A stretch of DNA of 63,973 nt, the filler included, from Octopus bimaculoides (taxonomy: Eukaryota), in NCBI RefSeq assembly GCF_001194135.2. It is 9 parts of 9 records of this genome, joined end to end, with 100 filler letters (N's around TTAATTAATTAA, not from the genome) between each part and the next. Parts side by side here need not be neighbours in the genome. Positions count along the whole stretch, not along the records: positions 58,580 to 62,776 come from NC_068981.1; positions 62,877 to 63,973 come from NC_068999.1; 7 more parts are not named here. One strand, written 5' to 3'. The notes below the pieces were generated by a model. It ran no database searches. It worked only from the letters and a program-made list of their open reading frames with translations, and was not told the origin of the DNA. Positions 62,385 to 63,973 of this stretch are shown one piece after another (position 1 is the first letter of the stretch; the number at the start of each line of letters is the position of its first letter). A program made the translations under genes and the position numbers.

Positions 62385-62720
62385 TGTTAAGAACAACGCT
62401 TTGCAATCATGTTGCTTTCCTTTCGGTCCTACTGCTCGCAACTTTAAATAAGCGCCCTTTGTATTGTATTACGGGCCGACCAAACTGTCTTTTGAGTTCT
62501 TATGTATGTTATATGGTGGACGGAAACTGTGAAGACCTGTCATGTACGCATATGTGCATTTGTGTATGTACACACATCTTCACTTAGCAACCAATGTAGG
62601 TGTGTCTAGGTTCCCATGAATTAGCGGTTGGACAAAAGAAAACGATAAAATATATTGTAGATTTTGAAAAGAAGTGTTCAAGGTGATGTTTTCAAGTAAG
62701 CCTTTTGAGGCGCTGGCTCA
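62385..62720 (+). mobile_element. Old SINE family A copy
   Basis: tggctgtgttaagaa...cctactgc...ggccgaccaaa...tggacggaaactgtgaag...ttagcggttggacaaaag. Confidence 0.6.
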
Positions 62721-62922
62721 GCTTTTGTAGTCCAACAAATTAATTAATTAAAAGATAAATCATATATATATATATANNNNNNNNNNNNNNNNNNNNNNNN
62801 NNNNNNNNNNNNNNNNNNNNTTAATTAATTAANNNNNNNNNNNNNNNNNNNNNNNNNNNNNNNNNNNNNNNNNNNNTATAATATAAAGTAAAGTAAATAT
62901 CATAAGATAAATATAATAAAAA

Positions 62923-63036
62923 GATTACACGTGTTTCATAACCAATTTTCAAATAGAAAAGAAATTTAAATCGATTAAAATCAATTGAAATTATCGAAAA
63001 TAAGTTCTATTCAAAAATATAGCTACTCGTCAGATC
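62923..63036 (-). ncRNA. Type I hammerhead candidate with a very long stem II
   Basis: GAT CTGACGA [stem II about 21 bp around a 46-nt loop] GAAA CACGTG TA ATC. Intact core, palindromic stem III ACACGTGT, GUA triplet, 3-bp stem I. Confidence 0.62.
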
Positions 63037-63586
63037 GTAAGTAGAACAATAATTAGATATATATCTCAACCAACAATAAGTACCAAATGAATTAATATGA
63101 AATACTTATTATATAAAGATAGAAAAATTATTTAAAAAATATCATAATATCAAAATAATAACCATTCAATAATCATCCCTTCGTCCATTATAATAACATT
63201 TATATATATATATGTATGTGTGTTATGTGTTTGTGTGTATGTGTGTATGTGTATGTATGTATATATTTACATGGGTCTAGAAAATTTTTTAAACTTAAAA
63301 AAAGTATTTTTAAAATTTTATTTTATTTATTCTGTTTTATTTTTAAGATTTTAAATATTCCATTTTAACTTCAATTTTTTAACTTTCAATCAGGTTTGGG
63401 ACCATTATCCCTCTTATCGTTGTTTATTACCCCATGGTTATTATTTTGGAAGATTATCATATTGCTATTTTATAAATATTATTGGTATTGATATTATTGA
63501 TTTTGATGTTCTTGATGTTGCTGTCACCTTCATCATAATTGTTTTGGTATAACACATTTCTGCAAATTTATTCTAATCCTCTGTGA

Positions 63587-63973
63587 ATGAGTGTGAATGA
63601 AGGATTCGTGGTAAAGACACCCCCACAAGAGAGTACTCTTGAAATAGAAATAGAAACTAATACTATGGAGAGCATCCAGCAAATAGCTAACTCCATGCAC
63701 CAGAGTATTAAGGTTACGATAGACTACCCTACTAAACACCCTAACCATATATTACCTGTACTAGATACTGAACTCTGGCTAGAAACTGAGAATAATAAAA
63801 CCTGAATCCTTCATTCGCACTATGCCAAACCTATGGCCTCCAAATACCTGATCCACCGGAACTCAGCTATTGCGGACAATACCAAATTAAATATATTGAT
63901 GGCAGACCTCGTCAGAGTAATGCGAAATGTGTCCTGCATGTGCAACCCTACAGAGTTAAAGAGACATATACAA
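63587..63973 (+). pseudogene. Penelope-like element RT C-terminal/thumb region, 5'-truncated, running off the window
   Basis: TMESIQQIANSMHQSIKVTIDYPTKHPNHILPVLDTELWL...*ILHSHYAKPMASKYLIHRNSAIADNTKLNILMADLVRVMRN; the LPxLD and YxKPxxSxxxIHxxSA motifs are typical of PLEs. One TGA at 63803. Confidence 0.78.

Noticed and set aside
8844-62587. Long ORFs made of X, IY, CV, HT, ER, poly-N, poly-I or poly-V runs
   Set aside because: Produced by N gaps and di- or trinucleotide repeats; no domain content.
6361-62832. TTAATTAATTAA inside N runs at 6361, 15935, 36726, 38799, 40797, 56697, 58524 and 62821
   Set aside because: An identical 12-mer with stops in all six frames, centred in fixed-length N runs, is an assembly linker. 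Adjacency across these points is uncertain.

Overview
AT-rich, repeat-saturated animal DNA with many N gaps and microsatellites. The SINE and LINE families resemble octopus repeats; this is inference from remembered families, not a search. I found no recognisable host gene, rRNA, true tRNA gene or CRISPR array. All convincing protein homology is to decayed transposons: a pogo/Tigger transposase (2.7-3.9 kb), RTE LINE pieces (20.3, 23.3-24.4, 46.7-47.4 kb), restriction-like-endonuclease (R4/Dong-like) LINE pieces (28.8, 37.0-39.7, 42.2, 47.4 kb), a hAT C-terminus interrupted by a 127-bp TA-flanked MITE (35.6-36.3 kb), DD37D (maT) Tc1/mariner remnants (31.1, 56.0-57.5 kb) and a Penelope-like (PLE) RT at the right edge (63.6 kb onward). 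Dozens of tRNA-headed SINEs from about five families fill the rest. The least expected signal is a set of minimal type I hammerhead-ribozyme folds (CUGANGA...GAAA...NUH), each with different stems, at 5994-6035, 6227-6269, 11554-11611, 12358-12393, 12762-12794, 14629-14676, 55725-55760 and 62923-63036. Several sit in or between inverted repeats and beside (TA)n tracts, which fits PLE pseudo-LTR remnants. One has a roughly 21-bp stem II whose deviations from Watson-Crick pairing are G-U wobbles on the ribozyme strand, plus one bulge. There are also several unexplained near-perfect inverted repeats. The folds were derived by hand and ribozyme activity is untested.
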